This document shows, piece after piece, positions 58,494 through 64,000 of a DNA stretch of 64,000 bases. Origin of the DNA: Anthoceros angustus (taxonomy: Eukaryota > Plantae > Anthocerotophyta); contig VJWM01000016.1 of NCBI GenBank assembly GCA_010909165.1, positions 558,001 through 622,000 on the forward strand, read 5' to 3'. The notes beneath the pieces were generated by a model. The model made no database searches, was not told where the DNA came from, and saw nothing but the letters and a program-made list of their open reading frames with translations. The first letter of the stretch is position 1. Each line of letters begins with the position of its first letter. The translations under genes were made by a program, and so were the position numbers.

Positions 58494-59549
58494 TTCAATC
58501 TCCATTGTCCACATATTTGCAAGATGCCTAACAGGGGAAGGGAACACACGCGGGGCGTCAAAGAGTGGAGAAGCTGCATGTTTTGGAAGAATTCCAAATC
58601 AAAGCTTTTGCTCTCCTGAAGACGTAGCAGACCTCTACGCTTCTAACTACCCTGAGTACTATCTAAGGCAATTTGTGGACAAGAGATCCGATCGAGCAGA
58701 ACAGAGAAGGGCAGATCAAAGAGAAGCCAACAACTTTAGAGTTGACGCCATCTTTCGAGCACGTTGTAGACAGAGGGGACAGAACCCTCATCTTTACTTC
58801 GAACGCCCTGAGCTGCCCCTGTGGAATCCTTATTTCAACCAAGACCTGCAACACAGCATTGTGATTAGGAAGGATCATCACACAAAAACCACAATAATCA
58901 AAGCATTCTGAGCAAGATTTTTGCAACAGTTGTCCATGTGGAGAAGTCCCTTTCTTTCCTGCTATCAAAACAAGAAGTATTGAAAGCAAGAATTGAAGAA
59001 TTGCATATTGAAATTGAGCAAACCCATTGGGTGATAGAAGCCAAGCGCAAAATAAACGATCTTGTGATAGAAATCTCCAGGACACTACAGTACCTGGATG
59101 CAGCAACACAAGGGGATTACGGAGTGCTAGCTTCAAGATCAAACGAGGGAACACACTCAACAATTCAGCCATCCACTGATGGCTTACTTGTCTGAATTTT
59201 TCCGCTGCGTAAGGGCTTGCAAGCGCTAGAGATGTGCAAGTTTGCTGCTAGATTCGAACCGTCGCTTTCAGATGAGGCACCTCTTCACCAGTGTAATCTG
59301 ATTCATTACATTGGTCCAACTAGGTACGTTGTTTGGTGTCTTGCGCCTCTTCACTTTCCAGTGACTCCTGGCAGTTAGGTTTGAAACGATATGAGTTAGA
59401 AAAATGTCTTTTCACATGTACAAAATTTGTCTTTACGTTGACTAACCAAAAGCACACAGAAGACCTCGACGGGGAGGTTAGCACGGGCAGGCCAGGATAC
59501 ACCTTATCCCTTACCCTCCCGGGCTAGCCCTTCCCGTCGAATCCCCTAC

Positions 59550-60540
59550 ATGCCATGGTTAGCCAGGCTATCCGGGCCCTTAGCCCAAGGCCCGTAGTGC
59601 CAGCCCCGAAGGAGACCATCATTGCTCTTCGTGCACTTCACCCGGCTCCAGGTGACCCCATTCTTCAAGATATCCTGGAATTCGTGGTTGAGGAGCCCTT
59701 TTGTCTGGATAGGGCAACTTTCGCCCTAGCTCTTACCACTGCCCCACGACTTTCTTCGAGTGGGGGTAAAACTCCCCATCGAATTTTCCAGGTGTTGGGT
59801 GCTAGCAGGTTATTCACTGTGGAAAAGCCCACACTAGGGGAGCGCCTTATCGCCATGGGGGAGGCATTTTTGCAACTCATTAGCCGCAGCATTTTTTCTC
59901 CAACTCCAGGAGCAGTTCTTGGCTCATCTTAGCCCTCATCAATTTGGGATAGCCATTCCGAGGGCTGTGAATTGGTCGCGTTCGGTATTAAGGCAGTTCT
60001 TAAGTCACATTCAGATTGGGGCTTGGCAGTTCGATGTTGAGAACGATTTCAATGCTATCTCCAACAGGGCGGCCATTTTCAATGAGCGCAAAGACGAGAG
60101 CACGCAGCTGGCAAGTTCTATTCAATTTGTTCGTTCCTTTTATGGTTCCTCGTCTTATCTTTAATATCAGCATGGTCCCTCGATGGAAGGGGTCTCTTTG
60201 ATGGACTCAGCAATGGGGACTAGGCAGGGGGACCCTGTGGGGGGACCCGGCACGTGCCTTCTTTGCCATGGCACACTTCATGGCACTATCGGCCACTGTC
60301 TCCTCGGTTCGGGAGTGTCTTTATCCGTCAATAGCGAACGACACTCATCTCCTAGGGCCGGGGGCTAAGGTGAAGGAAGCTTTCGAACTCTTCTCCTTTG
60401 ACCTCTCCTGCCTAGGTTTGAAGGTGAAGATCTTGAAGTGCAAGGCTTGGTCCCCATGGGCATCAGTGTTACGCTCTCTTTTCAATATCCCGAGGGGGAT
60501 ATAACTTCTCCGCAAGGACTTTGCGTTTCAGGGATTGTAG
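59550..60540 (+). mobile_element. CRE/R2-like non-LTR retrotransposon RT-domain remnant
   Basis: LRALHP, HQFGIAIP, QFDVENDFNAIS, FVRSFYG, GTRQGDPVGG, SIANDTHLLG (YADD-equivalent), LGLKVKILKCKAWSP. Frameshifted. Confidence 0.8.
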
Positions 60541-61097
60541 AGTGCCAAATCCGATGTTCATAACCCCGGTAGCTTATTTTATGCTCATTTTGTTTCTTTC
60601 GAGCTGTTACTTTTTTAGTAGGATAGGGCGGAGTTAGCCAATAAGGCGATTTTTTGTCAGATTGCACTTATAGTGCAATCCTTAGACCGATTTCGCATGT
60701 GCCCGGCTCCGGTTTCAGGTGACACTACACGACAGAATCCTTATGAAAAATCTCCATATTAAGCATACGGAAGAGCCTCCCTATGTGTGCGGTGCCTAGG
60801 CCATTTTTAGGTAGGTATACATTTTCCGGTTCCGAAAAGCGGCCTCCTGCCGGTGCTGGCCGGTCTCTTGCGTGCGTCTCTTTTCATCGTGCCCACATCT
60901 CTGACCGTAGCACCTTGGTTCAGACTCTGTTCACCTCTTTGCGATCCGAGCCGTGTTGATCCGCCTACTTTTTGGCGGGCATAATGCAGCACCCATTTCT
61001 TCTCGCGAGCTCTTCTCTCTTGCGTCCGCAGGCAACCACAGCTGAACTTATGGCACTGGATATCGTGCCTTGTTTCACACCAAGCTAAACTCCACAA

Positions 61098-61987
61098 GTG
61101 TCAACACTTGCAACGAGTCAGGCTCCTACAAGGAAGAGATCAAATTGGACAGAATCTGAATTACGCATCTTGCAGGCAGCGAAGAGAGAAGACATGGATT
61201 GTCACCACGCTGGTGGTGCGAAGGAAATGACCAAATCTGCAGCCCTCCGGTGGGCTGCAATTGCTAGGTCATGTGCAGCACAAGGCGTTTCACAAACTCC
61301 TCGGCAATGTCAAGAGAAGTGGGATTCTTTGTTTTGCGATTACAAGAAGATCAGTGATTACCAAAAAGCCAGATGGGTATTGGAATCAGATAGGAAATCT
61401 AGAGCTCAAGCCAGTTTACCTTTGAATTTCTTCTACCAAGTGAATGAATTAATGAGTGCATGGCTGCAGCAGAGCAAGAGTGTGAATCCAGCCGGCTTAG
61501 TTCTCGACTCTAGAGAGCTGAGCAATGCAGGTATGCTTCTCATAGCCATTGTATGCTAAATTGACAACTGCTGCTTGGCTGGAGTACACTATTCTCATGA
61601 TCAAATGGTCACTTTGTGTGTGCAGGTACATGTAATCAGGCTACACCTTCCAGTAGTTCCGTTCCCACTTATGAAGAGTTCGATCTCTTTGGACACGGCC
61701 AGAACCCAGATGTTACACAAGTGCAAGGTCATTGGAGTCAATCTTCTGAAGATATGGAAGCTGGAAGGAGCCAACGAACACCAGAGACTACAAGTACGGC
61801 TATGTCACCTTTGAAGGGTTCCAATCAAGGAAAAAGGCGAAAGCTGAGTTCACCATACTGGATACCATTCAGAAGTCGGGACGTGAAGCCTTCCAAATCG
61901 GGAAGAAGGGCTTGCAATGCTGAGATCTTCAACACCACAGACTGTACGGCCATGTCCAATTCCTCTTGGGAGTGTTCAAGAACCTGA
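61098..61987 (+). CDS. Trihelix / Myb-SANT-like DNA-binding protein (GT-type; possibly pseudogene or PIF/Harbinger-derived)
   Basis: NWTESELRIL, RWAAIA..C...GVS..PRQCQEKWDSLFCDYKKI.DY. Phase-compatible intron 61531-61625. The start is GTG rather than ATG. Confidence 0.65.
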
Positions 61988-62004
61988 GATGATATGCCAT
62001 AAAA

Positions 62005-62226
62005 TGTATTAGGGAACGGACGCGCGGAGGGGCGTCACAGCCGAGAACGGTCGAGGCCGTGAGGCCGAGACCGTTCTAGGCCGGCGCCCGACGGCGTCCG
62101 GCCTCAAGGCGAGGGAGCGGCCGAGTCCGGGGCCGAGGCAGCGCCTTTCATTGCGGGGCCGGGGCGGGAGCCGAGGTCTGTGAACTTGTTTAGACTGGGT
62201 GCCTATACCACCCGGCTTATATGTCA
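62005..62226. repeat. GC-rich insertion bounded by TG...CA (possible solo LTR)
   Basis: Sharp GC-rich island in AT-rich surroundings; starts TGTA and ends GTCA. No target-site duplication recognised. Confidence 0.3.
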
Positions 62227-62899
62227 TTTCTCTCTCTCTTACAGTAACTTGCCCTTCACTACGGTATCATTTTCGTTTTTTCAATCCTTTTACACAATAA
62301 AAGGATTATCATTCGTCATTGTCGTAATTAGGCTCTAATCAAAATAGTTTTGGTTAAATCACACATATTCTATTGGAGTAGATGGAGTGTAATATGGTTC
62401 TGGTTGTCCCGTCTCTTCAGAATAGTACTTTTTGAGCTGCTGATTGTATGGTCCAGATAAATGTATAATCATTTGAATATTTCATCAAGCGAGAATATTT
62501 ACGCAATTTAAACCATTGTCGAATTCATATATAAAACTTATCTATTTTTTAACTTTAGTACTCACCTCAAAGAGTGAAAACAACTCGTTTTGATTCTCCG
62601 ATAACTACAAACAAAAAGTAAAAGTAATTAGTCATTTACCTCCATTTCAATTCGGAGAAGATCTTTCTTTGCATATACCTTTTCGACAAGCGTTAAACAC
62701 GTCTTTGTGAAGATTCCCCACTGCGGAAATGTGATCGTATGTTACGAAGAAACATAAACATTAGAATTTTTTTGGAATGCAAGCGGATATTACCTTTCAA
62801 GCGATGTACCTTTTGAATGTTTTTAGTTGTCTCCGGTTCTTCCATGAGAGACAACAAGTCTGTCGTTTTCAACTCCTTATTTTCAATTGCTGCCCCTAT

Positions 62900-63850
62900 C
62901 TCTGCATTGAATGCATACAGAATTATATAACATGAAATTATATGTAATGAAAATAACAGAGAGAGAGGAAGTTATCGCGGCTTACTTGCTTGGATCTGTC
63001 TGTACTGCTCGAATGTTGGGTTGGACCCATCTTCATTCAAAATGGGTTGTACTTGCTCTTTTAGACTATGCTCCCAAAGTGCAGCATACTTAGTTTTAAA
63101 GTCTTGAAAAAGTGGTGGATACTGAAAATTGCACATCCACTTTCCAAACTTGGTGAACTCAAGTGACGGCCCGTAAGTTGGACCATCCTCCTTGAAGTCA
63201 TCAATTTTTCTCTTTTTTGCCTGGTCAAAAACCAAAATGATTACTTTCTTAAACGAAAATCATATTAATCCAAATTATATACATTATACATTTTGTATAC
63301 GATTGGAGATGGCTGCGTTGTCAATGTTGTCAATGTTGTTGTCAATCTTATCGACTTTGTCCTTTATGTTTTTTGCGGCAAATTTTGTTTTCCAAAGATT
63401 CAGAATGCCATGTTATAAAAGAAGCATGTGAAGACAAAGAAGGTATGAATGTAATTTGATTACCTCGATTGCTGGATTGAACTTTGATATCCCTCCAACA
63501 TTGTTTGCATTGAAATCGTGTCCATTAAACCTTTCCACAAGTGTACGCTTCACCCAATTGAGTTGTTCAAGGTTCTTTTGATATCCCGCAGAGATAAATT
63601 TAGGGTTAAGATTTTGGATTTGAGCATAATTAGATCAAGTTTATGAATTAAAGAAAAGTGCTTACCTTCTTTATCTTATTCAATCAAGGTGCATCTCGCA
63701 AAGATGCTTGAGGTCTTGTTTGTCCATGACAGAGAACATTGTGTGCTCGCAGAGGACTGCAACCCACGGGTTTTGTTAGACTCTGACCAACGAGAACATA
63801 CATGACTAACTGCAATCATTTATCCTGAATACCTTTTTCTACAATTTTCC
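62900..63850 (-). pseudogene. Degraded AT-rich multi-exon coding remnant of unknown (probably transposon) origin
   Basis: Short hydrophilic open segments with GT-AG-like boundaries and stops; no family recognised. Confidence 0.25.
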
Positions 63851-64000
63851 TTATCTCCAGCAGTGGTGGTTCAAACTCTGCGTTTGCGGCATATCCTGGA
63901 TCCCCATGGGTGGGAAGTAATTTGTCAGAGTTGCGCTCACAGGGTGGCGTCCTGTAGTTGCTGTCTGCAGGGGGTTGCGCAACAAGTATTAGTAAAAGTA

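Overview
Eukaryotic nuclear DNA from a land plant. Short GT-AG introns, high gene density, about 50% GC coding sequence and PLS-type PPR relics suggest a non-seed plant such as a hornwort (inference). Intact spliced genes, traced by hand: N-acetylglucosamine kinase (6486-8247 -), a DUF212 acid-phosphatase/haloperoxidase-related protein (8986-9909 +), a COMT-like O-methyltransferase (12392-13788 -), a 2-oxoglutarate/Fe(II) dioxygenase (15348-16844 +, plus a disrupted paralog), tRNA-Thr(CGT), and two head-to-head 12-exon ABCC/MRP transporters that appear to lack TMD0. Four intronless small secreted-peptide precursor genes lie at 38-55 kb. The rest is degenerate PPR genes, LINE, CRE-like and LTR retroelement remnants, trihelix-like fragments and tandem repeats. 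Two signals stand out. (1) A Ty3/gypsy-type remnant carries a complete but decayed C5-cytosine DNA methyltransferase domain directly upstream of its reverse transcriptase. (2) A cluster of peptide precursors: three end in a C-x7-C loop (CVTSIPGGC / CLSTLPGGC / CISTVPGTC), two of them behind an RRxL site, and the fourth carries an IDA/CLE-like dodecapeptide RIPPSGPSPIHN. All calls come from manual reading; no database search was run.
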